From: Nanobdellota archaeon
Lineage (GTDB): Archaea; Nanobdellota; Nanobdellia; Pacearchaeales; GW2011-AR1
Direction of reading: 5' to 3'
DNA: 63,474 nt
Assembly (NCBI GenBank): GCA_038046005.1
Contig: JBBSXB010000006.1
Location: 1-63,474 of the forward strand
Of this stretch, positions 29,081 through 38,437 are shown one piece after another; positions within the stretch are counted from its first letter, which is position 1, and every line of letters starts with the position of its first letter. A model generated the notes under the pieces. The model was given only the letters and a program-made list of their open reading frames with translations. It did not search any database and was not told the DNA's origin. Both the position numbers and the translations under genes were made by a program.

Positions 29081-30358
29081 ATGCCAAACAAAATTAATTC
29101 TGTTTTGAAAGAAGTCATTGAAAAAGTCAGGCCAAATGAAGGAGAGATGAAAGAGTTGGACAATCTTCTGAAAAATTTCCTTACAAGATTGAAATCAAGA
29201 ATAAAATCATTAAAAATAGATGCTGAAATTTTTATTGGTGGCAGTTACGCTAAAAAAACAATGATAAGAAAGGATAAATATGACATTGATGTTTTTTTGA
29301 GATTTGACAAAAAATATGGCGAAGATAAAATTCCTTCAGTCATGAATAATTTATTAAAAAATGAAAATATGGAATTAGTTCATGGTTCTAGAGATTATTT
29401 TAAGAAAAAAATTTCCAAGAATGTTTATGTTGAGTTAGTTCCGGTCAGGAAAATAAAGAATCCAAAAGAAGCTGTCAATGTCACTGACCTGTCTTTTTTG
29501 CATGTAAAGTATATCAATGGTAAAATAAAAAACAAAAAGGTTTTGGATGAAATAAGACTCGCAAAGGCTTTTTGCTATGCAAATAATTGCTATGGTGCTG
29601 AATCTTATGTTCATGGATTTTCTGGATATGCAATTGAATTGCTAGTTCATTATTACGGGAGCTTTGAAAACTTCGTGAAGGCTATTGTTAAATCAAAAGA
29701 AAAAGAGATAGTTGACATGGAAAAACACTACAAAAACAAGAGTTTAATCATGATTGATTTGAACAGTGCCAAGCTCAATTCTCCTATAATACTTATAGAC
29801 CCAACCTACAAGCAAAGAAATGCCCTGGCTGGGCTTTCTTCAGAAACCCTTGATAGATTTAAGAAAGTTTGTGCAGAATTTTTGAAAAACCCAAAGATAG
29901 AAAGTTTTGAAATAAAAGAAATTGATTTTGAAAGATTAAGAGAAATCTCCAGGAAAAATAAACAGGATTTTGTTATTATTGAAGCAAGAACAGACAGGCA
30001 GCAAGGAGACATTGCCGGAAGCAAACTTTTCAAATTCTTCAGGTTTTTAGACAGAGAAATTTCAAAATTCTTTAAAATAAGCAAAAAAGAATTTGTTTAT
30101 GGCAAGGAAAAATCAGCTGATTATTATTTTGTAGCAAAGAGCAAGGGAGAGTTTATTGTCAACGGCCCGGAAATAAAAGATAATGAAAATGTTAAAAAAT
30201 TTAAATCAGGGCATAAAAAAACTTTTGTTAAAAAAAACAGGATTTTTGCAAAGGAAAAGATAAATTATAATCTGAAAGATTTTTTAGAAGCTTGGGTAAA
30301 GAAAAACTGGAAAATTATTAATGAGATGGGTGTGACGAAGTTGGAATTTAAAGATTAG
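29081..30358 (+). CDS. cca: Archaeal (class I) CCA-adding enzyme
   Basis: GGSYAKKT...DIDVF, ELVP, D.S..H..Y, EIRLAK.F, YGAE....GFSGY..ELL, IDP....RN. Confidence 0.93.
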   Translation: MPNKINSVLKEVIEKVRPNEGEMKELDNLLKNFLTRLKSRIKSLKIDAEIFIGGSYAKKTMIRKDKYDIDVFLRFDKKYGEDKIPSVMNNLLKNENMELVHGSRDYFKKKISKNVYVELVPVRKIKNPKEAVNVTDLSFLHVKYINGKIKNKKVLDEIRLAKAFCYANNCYGAESYVHGFSGYAIELLVHYYGSFENFVKAIVKSKEKEIVDMEKHYKNKSLIMIDLNSAKLNSPIILIDPTYKQRNALAGLSSETLDRFKKVCAEFLKNPKIESFEIKEIDFERLREISRKNKQDFVIIEARTDRQQGDIAGSKLFKFFRFLDREISKFFKISKKEFVYGKEKSADYYFVAKSKGEFIVNGPEIKDNENVKKFKSGHKKTFVKKNRIFAKEKINYNLKDFLEAWVKKNWKIINEMGVTKLEFKD

Positions 30359-30360
30359 TC

Positions 30361-30708
30361 TTAAAAAGTTGATAAATTAAACGTTAAGCCGTCTAAAACA
30401 TCTTCTATTGGACAGTTTAAATTTAAAGATGAAGCGCAAGTTCCCATTTTTCCAGCATCCAATATAATTTGAGTTAAACCATCAGTGTCTTGTATAATCC
30501 TAACACTAGAACTATCTGAAGGTCTTAAGGACCCAATGGTATCTTTGACCTCAACAATTTTATATTCAGGAGAGTGGTGTGTTAGTGCCCCCATTATCAT
30601 ATCATAAATGTAGGGAGTATTTGATCTTCCCATACTAACAACACCTAAATCATCATGACCTAGAATTACATTATATACATTAGCCCTAACTGGAATATTT
30701 TCGGCCAT
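30361..30708 (-). CDS. Hypothetical protein (ORFan)
   Basis: Open frame directly after trmB. Confidence 0.6.
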   Translation of the reverse strand: MAENIPVRANVYNVILGHDDLGVVSMGRSNTPYIYDMIMGALTHHSPEYKIVEVKDTIGSLRPSDSSSVRIIQDTDGLTQIILDAGKMGTCASSLNLNCPIEDVLDGLTFNLSTF

Positions 30709-30709
30709 T

Positions 30710-31492
30710 TTATTTCTCCCCCTTCAAAGCTTTCTCAAACAAAGACGCAAAAGCCTGGCTAAAAAAATCAGAGTTAAGCCATATTGCCAAATCTTCTTCA
30801 TCTTGTGTTTTTGAAACATAAAATAATATTTCTGCTCTGTCTATGATAAAGAATTTTGCGTCAATGCTTACAGGAATTGCCTTTATTCCTAAGTCATCTG
30901 CCAGTTTTTTTACAAGATTCCTGTCTCCTGAAAGAGCAAGCAAAACTTTTACATTTGCTTTCTTTAAAGTATCAAAAGTTTCCTTGAAAAGTTTTGCCTT
31001 GAGCCTGAATTCCTCGACATTTGTGCAGACGATTACTTCTTTCTTTGCGTTTTGAATTATTTCTCTAAGATGGTTTGTTATGTTTGATCTTCCTTTTATT
31101 GCAGCTGACAAATCTTCTCTCTTTGCAGGATTTATTCCTTCTTTGAATAATGATTCAAGCTGAGTGAATTCGTCTGTCTCTCTTATTTTAGATAGAACTT
31201 CAATTTTTTCTTCAGCGTCTTTTCTTGCGTTGTTTTTTAATTTTTCAAGTATAATATGAGGTTTAACACCAAGATATTTTACGGGCTTTCCTAATTTAAC
31301 TATGCAGAATCCTTTCTTTTCCAAACTTTCAAGGACGTCGTAAGCTCTTGATCTTGGAACTCCTGAGATTTCTGCAACTTCTCCTGCAGATGCAACTCCT
31401 TTTCCAAGCAAAGCTAGCCAGACCTTTGTTTCATATATGTTAAGGTCAAAGTAATCCTTTATTTTATTTATTAAATCTTGTTTTACGAGCAT
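30710..31492 (-). CDS. trmB: TrmB-family transcriptional regulator
   Basis: LNIYETKVWLALL...AGEVAEISGVPRSRAYDVLESLEKKGF; P.KY. Confidence 0.92.
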   Translation of the reverse strand: MLVKQDLINKIKDYFDLNIYETKVWLALLGKGVASAGEVAEISGVPRSRAYDVLESLEKKGFCIVKLGKPVKYLGVKPHIILEKLKNNARKDAEEKIEVLSKIRETDEFTQLESLFKEGINPAKREDLSAAIKGRSNITNHLREIIQNAKKEVIVCTNVEEFRLKAKLFKETFDTLKKANVKVLLALSGDRNLVKKLADDLGIKAIPVSIDAKFFIIDRAEILFYVSKTQDEEDLAIWLNSDFFSQAFASLFEKALKGEK

Positions 31493-31493
31493 T

Positions 31494-31838
31494 TTATTTG
31501 TTTCCCTCGCCCCTTTGTAAGTTTAATTCTTCTAAAAGAACTATTTGTTCTATTTTAGATTTTGAAATTGTTTTATCAGGAAGATGTCTAAACTTGCTTA
31601 TTGAAAATTGAGTATATTCCTCAAACTCATGTATACCGTGCTCATATTGTGTACAACTAGTTAAATGTACAAAATAAGCTCCATTTTTAGCAAGTATACC
31701 TCCAATGGCATCACTACAAAGACCAGTATCCATAACAACTTCTTTTCCAACATATTTTTCAAATATTTCTTGATCTACAGCAAAAGCTGTGTTTAAAGTC
31801 ATTTGTACTTGTAGTTTAGGATTTGTTTTTTCTGTCAT
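31494..31838 (-). CDS. Hypothetical protein, possible Sm-like fold
   Basis: FEKYVGKEVV...GGIL....YFVHL...ISKSKIEQI. Confidence 0.55.
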   Translation of the reverse strand: MTEKTNPKLQVQMTLNTAFAVDQEIFEKYVGKEVVMDTGLCSDAIGGILAKNGAYFVHLTSCTQYEHGIHEFEEYTQFSISKFRHLPDKTISKSKIEQIVLLEELNLQRGEGNK

Positions 31839-32197
31839 TTTATTGTGTATCCTGCATTTGTTAGCGCTTCATAAAAAGCAGATAAATTGTAGCTTGAGTC
31901 TTCTGTGTACAATGTAACATACAATTCATTTTTGCCCATATCATAACGATTGGTTCTTAAATCTAAAAAATTATGAATTGCACCTATTGCAATATTTATA
32001 AGTTTGCTATTTTCTTGAATTAAAAACTGATCATAAACAGGAACAAGCTCGAAAGGAAAACTAGCACCAGTGTCGCATGGACTATATGGGGCTTCTACTT
32101 TAAACTTTTTCGGCGCTAAAGTTATATCCCTATAGTGCTTCCCATGCACAGTAACTCCTACACGTACCTTTTCTCCAAATTCGTTTATTTTAGTCAT
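31835..32197 (-). CDS. Hypothetical protein (ORFan)
   Basis: ATG 32197 downstream of TATA at 32222-32229; ATGA-coupled to next gene. Confidence 0.6.
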   Translation of the reverse strand: MTKINEFGEKVRVGVTVHGKHYRDITLAPKKFKVEAPYSPCDTGASFPFELVPVYDQFLIQENSKLINIAIGAIHNFLDLRTNRYDMGKNELYVTLYTEDSSYNLSAFYEALTNAGYTIK

Positions 32198-32302
32198 TGT
32201 ATGATGACAAATAAGTAACCCTTTATAAATCTTGCTATTGTTACTTTTTCCTAGTAAGAACAAAAGCAAAGGTTTTAAAAATACCTGTTAGGGAATAAAT
32301 AA

Positions 32303-32653
32303 ATGACAAAACGAAGAACTGCCGGATTTGAATCAAGAGAACAAGAAGGCGCTTATCATGAATTTATTGGAAAGTATGTGACAATTTATACTTCTAATTC
32401 CAATTTTAGCGGGAGATTAACAGGAATAGAGGATGACCGTTTAGTGCTGAATCCGCATGTAAACGGACATTGGGATTCAAAGATTGGGCTTGTAAGAAAG
32501 TTAGTTCATGGAAACACTAAGATTAGAATTGACGCAGATATAGTAATAGAACCAGCAACAAAAGAATCATTGGCTAATTTTTGTACATATCAAAATAAAG
32601 AGAATCTAAAAAAGCAAACAGCTAATAACACTAAAGCAGCAGATAAGCAATAA
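32303..32653 (+). CDS. Hypothetical protein, possible Sm/LSm-like fold
   Basis: EFIGKYVTIYT....FSGRLTGIEDDRLVL. Confidence 0.6.
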   Translation: MTKRRTAGFESREQEGAYHEFIGKYVTIYTSNSNFSGRLTGIEDDRLVLNPHVNGHWDSKIGLVRKLVHGNTKIRIDADIVIEPATKESLANFCTYQNKENLKKQTANNTKAADKQ

Positions 32654-33521
32654 CCAAACCCGCAAATATCCCTATAGTTATGAAAGGCATTGCCGGATAA
32701 AACTTCTTTTTTTCCGCTGAGAAAAACAAATAGGCTAAACCTAAAGTTGCTCCTAAGATAACAAGCAATGCGGCCCCTAGACCAAGGGTTTTGAGTGCAA
32801 CTCCTGCAGTGATTATTGGAAAAATGACATCTCCTCCACCTAGAATAGCTAAGTTAACTTTTATCTTTTTATTTTTCAATTCTGATTTTTTCATGTTCCT
32901 TATTTTTTCCTTTACTTTTTTAGAAGCGTAAGGCAAGAAAAATCCAGAGAAAACCTTTAGTTTGTTAATCTGATATTTTGCCATCTTCTGCATTATGCCG
33001 GAATGCCAGACAGCCCACATGTCATAAAATGAAATTAAAATTAGCAGAATGATTATTGTCCAAATATTAAGCATTGGAACAAACACTGCGGCGATTCCAG
33101 GGTATATTAAAAGTTCAGTAGCATTATGAACAATGAAATTTCTTTGGAATATCTTAAAAAAAGCCAAAGGCAGAGCAACAATCAGGACAAAAAGCTCTTT
33201 CTTTGCAAAGCTAGGAAGCAAAGAAGAGAAAGTTATCCCTAAGGCAATTGTGATGACGACAAAAAACCAAACTTTCAAGACAGCTTCGGCATTGAATTTT
33301 ATAAGCAAAAACAAAATGGTGATAGCTATAATAAATGCTATGATTATTGACGGCAAAAAAGAGGTAAAAAAATCGGATTCCTTTTCAGCTTGAGGTGGGG
33401 CCATTCCATAAGGGAGATTGTTTCCGTTTTGAATATAATGATTCACAACATAAATTCCTATGAATTGTGTTACAATAAACATTGACAAAAGAAAAAATGT
33501 TATCTTAATATTGTGCTTCAT
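32631..33521 (-). CDS. Presenilin/SPP-like GxGD intramembrane aspartyl protease
   Basis: Multi-TM; YDMWAVW, LGGGD, PAMP; GAGGA SD before ATG 33521. Confidence 0.92.
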   Translation of the reverse strand: MKHNIKITFFLLSMFIVTQFIGIYVVNHYIQNGNNLPYGMAPPQAEKESDFFTSFLPSIIIAFIIAITILFLLIKFNAEAVLKVWFFVVITIALGITFSSLLPSFAKKELFVLIVALPLAFFKIFQRNFIVHNATELLIYPGIAAVFVPMLNIWTIIILLILISFYDMWAVWHSGIMQKMAKYQINKLKVFSGFFLPYASKKVKEKIRNMKKSELKNKKIKVNLAILGGGDVIFPIITAGVALKTLGLGAALLVILGATLGLAYLFFSAEKKKFYPAMPFITIGIFAGLVIAYLLL

Positions 33522-33630
33522 GTTATCCTCTTTTTTATACAAAACAAACAGAAGTTTTTAAATGTTTAATTTTCAAACAGCTTAGGTGGATAAAAGTAAG
33601 TCTTATAAAGTTTTTTTATTACTATTAATT

Positions 33631-34383
33631 ATGAGTTTTAGATACAATTCTATTCAAAGACTTTCTAAAAAGATTTTTAGAAAATTTTTTCCTGTTCAAA
33701 AATCTTCTTGGACCGAAGGTCATGTAAGAGACATATGCGAAGTAAATTTAGTACCTCCAGAAAAACTTAAGAATTTTTTCGCAGATTGTGTAAGAAAACT
33801 TCAGGAAATTAAAGGCAAAAACATTGGAGATTATCTTGAATTTGGAGTATTTAATGGGTCTTCAATGTCTAGTATGTATTCAACGGCAAAAAGTTTGGAA
33901 ATTAATTCTATGAGATTCTTTGGATTTGATGCTTTTCAAGGATTACCTAAAGGTTCGGAGAAAGAAGATGATGGTGTGTGGAAAAAAGGATTTTACAGTT
34001 GCTCTTTTGAAAAAATGAAGGAGTGTTTAAAAAGAAAAAATGTTGCTTCTGAGAATATTAGTTGGATAAAAGGATGGTACAATAAGACACTTAATCAAAA
34101 AACAATAAAAAAATATAAATTAAATAAGATAGGCATAGTTTTCATAGACTGTGATACTTATAGTTCTTCAAAAACTGTCCTTAATTTTATTGGCCCATTA
34201 ATAAAAGAAGAAGTAATTTTATGTTTTGATGATTGGAAATTGAATGATTTAGACATAAAAAGCATGGGTGAATATAAGGCATTTAATGAATTTTTGGATG
34301 AAAATACATATCTAGAAGCACAAGAAATAAAATCCTACAACAGAAAATCAAAATCTTTCATAGTCAAACCAAAAAAATCTTAA
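33631..34383 (+). CDS. TylF/MycF/NovP-like O-methyltransferase
   Basis: GDYLEFGV.NG, GFDAFQGLP, KGWY, IDCDTY.S, FDDW. Confidence 0.88.
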   Translation: MSFRYNSIQRLSKKIFRKFFPVQKSSWTEGHVRDICEVNLVPPEKLKNFFADCVRKLQEIKGKNIGDYLEFGVFNGSSMSSMYSTAKSLEINSMRFFGFDAFQGLPKGSEKEDDGVWKKGFYSCSFEKMKECLKRKNVASENISWIKGWYNKTLNQKTIKKYKLNKIGIVFIDCDTYSSSKTVLNFIGPLIKEEVILCFDDWKLNDLDIKSMGEYKAFNEFLDENTYLEAQEIKSYNRKSKSFIVKPKKS

Positions 34384-36273
34384 TCATCTCAGCCTTATGC
34401 TTTCCATTATTCTTGGGACATTTGTCTCAACTCTGTTAAGCTTGTAAAGTGCAGATGCCAAATCCATGGACTTTGACACTTCACCATGATTTACTATTAT
34501 TCTTTTTGGCTTGGGCCTTAAATTGTTGAAAAAAGAAAGTATTTCATTTCTTCCAGGGTGTGCGCTGAATCCTGCGATTGTGTGGACTTCAAGGTCTATC
34601 ACGACTGTTTCTTCTCTTCCATCTGAACTCATTCTTACTGTTTTCAAGCCGTCTTGAATTTGTCTTCCCAAAGAACCAACTCCCTGATAACATACGAAAA
34701 GGATTGAGTTTTTTGAATTTGATGCGAATTCTTTGAGGTATTCAACTGATGCCCCGCCCATTAACATTCCTGATGTTGCGAGAACGACACAGGGACCGCC
34801 TTCGAAAACCTGTTTTCTTTCTTGGGGAGAACCAACCCTTGAAAATATTTCTGAAGAAAATGGATTTTTGTCCTGGAAAATCTGGGACCTGACTCGTGTG
34901 CTTAAAAAATCAGGATAAGCTGTGTGAATAGCGTTGATGTCCCATATCATTCCGTCAATGTAAACAGGAATGCTCGGAAGCTTTCCTGATTTGATTGCAT
35001 CCTCAATTACCAACATTGACTCTTGAGCTCTTCCTAATCCTAATTCAGGAATCAAGACTTTTCCGCCCCTTTCTATTGTTTTCTTGACTGCCTCAATAAT
35101 CTGCTCTTCAGAAACGGCTCTTGGAGGCAAAATATCATTTTTCGAACCGTAAGTTGATTCTGTAATAACTGACTCGAGCCTTGGGAAAGTTGTTACTGCT
35201 GGATCTAAAAGTCTTGTTTTTACATATTTGTAATCAGCTGTGTAAAGAAGATTGTGAGCGCCATTGCCAATATTAAGGTGAACCATCGCGCTACCTAAAA
35301 CGTGTCCTGAATTGTAAAAAGTTAATCTTACATCTGGAGTCACATCTGTTACTTCATTGAAATTTAAGCATATACTGTGTTTTACCATTTCTTTTATATC
35401 AGTAGAACTGAACAATGGTTTCTCGGCTTGTTTGTAAGCGACGCCAATAAAATCCAGGGCAAGTAAAGCTCCAAGGTCTCTTGAAGGTGTTGTCATGTAA
35501 ACTGGGCCTTTGTAACCCATTTTGTAAAGATAAGGCAAGAGTCCGATATGATCTAGGTGAGCATGACTTATTATGACTGCGTCGAGTTTTGCCATGTCGA
35601 ATTCAGGAACGTCCAGCTGTGGGAATTTGTCCTGGTTTCCTGTCCCTACTGCAGGGTCTATACCGCAATCAAGCATTATGTTTGAATTTGGAGTTTGGAG
35701 TAATATACAGCTTCTCCCAACCTGTCTTGCTCCCCCCAAGAAAACTAATCTTATCCATCCTTCTTTTTTCGATGGGTCCCATTCATTGTAAATTTTTTTT
35801 CCTATAGAATTTAAGAATCTTCTCCTATAATTGTTGTTTGCGTACAGGACTTCCCTTATGCTTTCTGTTATCTTGCTTTTTATTGCAGGAGATCTTTGAA
35901 TTTGAGGTGTCCATAAAGTGGCTTTTCTTACTTCCTCCAGTATTGAACCCTGTTTTCCAATCACCAATCCTGGTTTCTTTGCCTCAATTATGACTATGCT
36001 TCTTTGAACATCAAAAATTATTTCAGTGACTTCTGCATCAACTGGAACTATCTCTTTTATTTTTTGCTCTGTTTTTTCCTGGGTTAGAAGAATTTTTTCA
36101 TCTGCCCTCAGCTCAATCCTTTTTTTTATTTCGTCAACTACCTGTTTTATCCTTCCTTCTCCATTCTTGAAAAAGTTTTCATTGTCTGTATAAAGGACGA
36201 TGTTTGCTCCTTCAAATGTCGCTTCTGTGATTTCTCCAGAAAACTTGTCTTGTATTTTTTTCAAAATGTCCAT
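34384..36273 (-). CDS. aCPSF1/FttA beta-CASP ribonuclease with KH domains (transcription termination factor)
   Basis: N-terminal KH (AKKPGLVIGK), LGG..QVGRS, SHAHLDH, GHVLGS, GFSAH, NHGE; follows psmB. Confidence 0.95.
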   Translation of the reverse strand: MDILKKIQDKFSGEITEATFEGANIVLYTDNENFFKNGEGRIKQVVDEIKKRIELRADEKILLTQEKTEQKIKEIVPVDAEVTEIIFDVQRSIVIIEAKKPGLVIGKQGSILEEVRKATLWTPQIQRSPAIKSKITESIREVLYANNNYRRRFLNSIGKKIYNEWDPSKKEGWIRLVFLGGARQVGRSCILLQTPNSNIMLDCGIDPAVGTGNQDKFPQLDVPEFDMAKLDAVIISHAHLDHIGLLPYLYKMGYKGPVYMTTPSRDLGALLALDFIGVAYKQAEKPLFSSTDIKEMVKHSICLNFNEVTDVTPDVRLTFYNSGHVLGSAMVHLNIGNGAHNLLYTADYKYVKTRLLDPAVTTFPRLESVITESTYGSKNDILPPRAVSEEQIIEAVKKTIERGGKVLIPELGLGRAQESMLVIEDAIKSGKLPSIPVYIDGMIWDINAIHTAYPDFLSTRVRSQIFQDKNPFSSEIFSRVGSPQERKQVFEGGPCVVLATSGMLMGGASVEYLKEFASNSKNSILFVCYQGVGSLGRQIQDGLKTVRMSSDGREETVVIDLEVHTIAGFSAHPGRNEILSFFNNLRPKPKRIIVNHGEVSKSMDLASALYKLNRVETNVPRIMESIRLR

Positions 36274-36295
36274 CTTATTTAATAATAGAAATTAT

Positions 36296-36949
36296 CTATT
36301 TAAGCTCAGCAACTAATTCCTGACTGAGTGCTTTTTTGATACCGTCTTTTGTGATTGTGAAAATGTCAATACCATAACCAGAGTAAACATCTCTTTGAGT
36401 TGAAGATAAAAGTGATTCTTTTGCCAATTCTATGCCTTCCTTGACTGAAATATTTTTTTTGTAGTTTCTTTCTAAATAACCGATTATGAATGTTCTACCA
36501 GAACCGCTTGCGTCAAAATCATTTACTTGACTAAGAGAACCGTCTGTTCCTATATGGTAAACCTCACATGAACCATCTTCATCGAATCCTCCGGCAAAAG
36601 TGTCAACAATGTCCGGGACCATTGACATTCTTCTTATTCCAGAGTAAGATAACGAAGCAACAAGATTGACAGATTGTTTTATGTTTGGCCTGACTCTTGT
36701 TTTTAGTTCTTTTAATTTTAATTCTGCGGAAATCAGCTTGGATAAACGCTGTGCGCCAGAGACTAACCCTGCCCATGAAACAACCAGATAATCATTGATT
36801 TGGTTTGTCTTTTGGAAGTCTTTGTTAGCAACCATGCTTTGCCCTATTGTTACCTGCCTATCAGAAGCCATTACAACTCCGTCTTTGCATGCTATAGCGA
36901 CTAAGCTAGTTCCTGATTTTAAAACTGAATTCTTTAATTCATCATCCAT
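36296..36949 (-). CDS. psmB: Proteasome beta subunit
   Basis: SG|TSLV (Thr1), DGVVMASDRQ, conserved Lys, SGSG, QRD..SG. Confidence 0.93.
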   Translation of the reverse strand: MDDELKNSVLKSGTSLVAIACKDGVVMASDRQVTIGQSMVANKDFQKTNQINDYLVVSWAGLVSGAQRLSKLISAELKLKELKTRVRPNIKQSVNLVASLSYSGIRRMSMVPDIVDTFAGGFDEDGSCEVYHIGTDGSLSQVNDFDASGSGRTFIIGYLERNYKKNISVKEGIELAKESLLSSTQRDVYSGYGIDIFTITKDGIKKALSQELVAELK

Positions 36950-37103
36950 CTTAATATTGTTAGAAAACCTCTTGTGAGGATGTTTATGGATAAGATTTAG
37001 GATATTTAAAGGTTTTGGTGGTGGTGTATTGTTAACTCTAAGGGACTTATTTAGAACAATAATCCTAATAAATGAGAAAATCTACTTCAGAATAGTTTAG
37101 AAA

Positions 37104-37520
37104 ATGGTAGAAGAAACAACATTCAGGAAACTAAAGAAAGCTTTACTTGAAATGATGAGAGGTTATCCAGAATGGGGATACTATGGGAAACTTCAGTATT
37201 TTCTTCCAAAAACGGGAGATAAATCAGTTGACTTATTAATAGACCACGAAATTATTGAAGAGCTTTCTAAAGAAGATGTTCAGAAATTACAAATAAGCGA
37301 AGAGGAAAAGAAACAGCGTTGGTATCGTCTTAAACCGAGAGGTGTAGATTTAGCTATTTCCATGATTAATTTAGAATATAGTGAGAGAGTGTTAAAATAC
37401 ACTCACGAAACAAGTTATTTTACGAAAATATTAATTTGGTTCACTAAAATTCTCGTGGTTGCTACAGTCGGGATGTTAATTTTTGCATTTGCTCAAGCTC
37501 TAATTACTTTATGGTTTTAA
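37104..37520 (+). CDS. Hypothetical protein, wHTH-like N-terminus plus C-terminal TM
   Basis: L...EIIEE...WYRL..RG; hydrophobic C-terminus. Confidence 0.6.
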   Translation: MVEETTFRKLKKALLEMMRGYPEWGYYGKLQYFLPKTGDKSVDLLIDHEIIEELSKEDVQKLQISEEEKKQRWYRLKPRGVDLAISMINLEYSERVLKYTHETSYFTKILIWFTKILVVATVGMLIFAFAQALITLWF

Positions 37521-37580
37521 TTATCCAAAAAAATAAACTAAACTATTTTTATTACAATTTCTTGAGATAAAATGAAATAA

Positions 37581-37865
37581 TTAACTACCATTCAAAGTAG
37601 GAACAATGTAATTACATTCAGGACTACCTTGTTCATAGCAATTCTTTAAAGAAGCAAAAGCAATTTGCCATTGAGTATGTAAATTTTGATATTGCATCTG
37701 ACAAACATCAATTGTATTCTGAATTGAAGTATTACAAATAGTAGCTACATCTTGTGTTGTTTGTTGTTGGTTAGTACTATCATAAGAAGTAATCAGCCAA
37801 AAGATAAAGAAAACAATAGCTAAAATTATCGCAATAGTTTTTACCCAATCTCTTTTTTCACCCAT
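37581..37865 (-). CDS. Small membrane-anchored hypothetical protein
   Basis: N-terminal TM; four Cys. Confidence 0.6.
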   Translation of the reverse strand: MGEKRDWVKTIAIILAIVFFIFWLITSYDSTNQQQTTQDVATICNTSIQNTIDVCQMQYQNLHTQWQIAFASLKNCYEQGSPECNYIVPTLNGS

Positions 37866-37894
37866 TTTTGATAAATAACAAATGTTTTTGTACT

Positions 37895-38437
37895 TTAAAT
37901 TACTTGCTTCCCCTTCCTCCCCATAATCTTCTTCCCAGCATAATGTGCAATCTGTAATGGATTGTATACCACACTGATATATACCGGCTGCGGTTTTTTC
38001 AATACAAATGCTGAAAAAGCCCTTATTGTATTTTGAATTGTTGACCCAGCTAAATTAGCTAAAGCAAAATAATTTCCTTCAGAAATATCGGCTTTTATGT
38101 CTAACATATGTGATGCTGTGAAAATCGGCAGGTGTTCGCATAAAAGGGAAACGCCATACCAGAATGTCGTACTTCTTTTTGTGAAGTAAGCATCTTCAAC
38201 ACCCCATTTTCTAGCATATCTTCTCTGCTCCTTAGGGCCTAAAACTCCAATATAAGAAGAAGCAACTACTCCAGCAATACGCTTTTGCCAAGGCCCTTTA
38301 TTCCTATAATTGTGCAACCAAGCAACTGTTCTTCTTGTTCTTTTTTTAAAAAAACCTCTGTTATTTCCGTTTTTAAAATTTCCATTAACAACTATGCTTT
38401 CTAACCCTTGTACATTTGTTAAATCATTGTCATTCAT
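37895..38437 (-). CDS. Hypothetical protein (ORFan)
   Basis: ATGA-coupled to rad50. Confidence 0.6.
   Translation of the reverse strand: MNDNDLTNVQGLESIVVNGNFKNGNNRGFFKKRTRRTVAWLHNYRNKGPWQKRIAGVVASSYIGVLGPKEQRRYARKWGVEDAYFTKRSTTFWYGVSLLCEHLPIFTASHMLDIKADISEGNYFALANLAGSTIQNTIRAFSAFVLKKPQPVYISVVYNPLQIAHYAGKKIMGRKGKQVI

Noticed and set aside
30705-31845. Repeated AATAAAATG at successive gene junctions as target duplications
   Set aside because: TAAAATG stop-start coupling also occurs at other junctions (e.g. 20502, 50395), so it is not diagnostic
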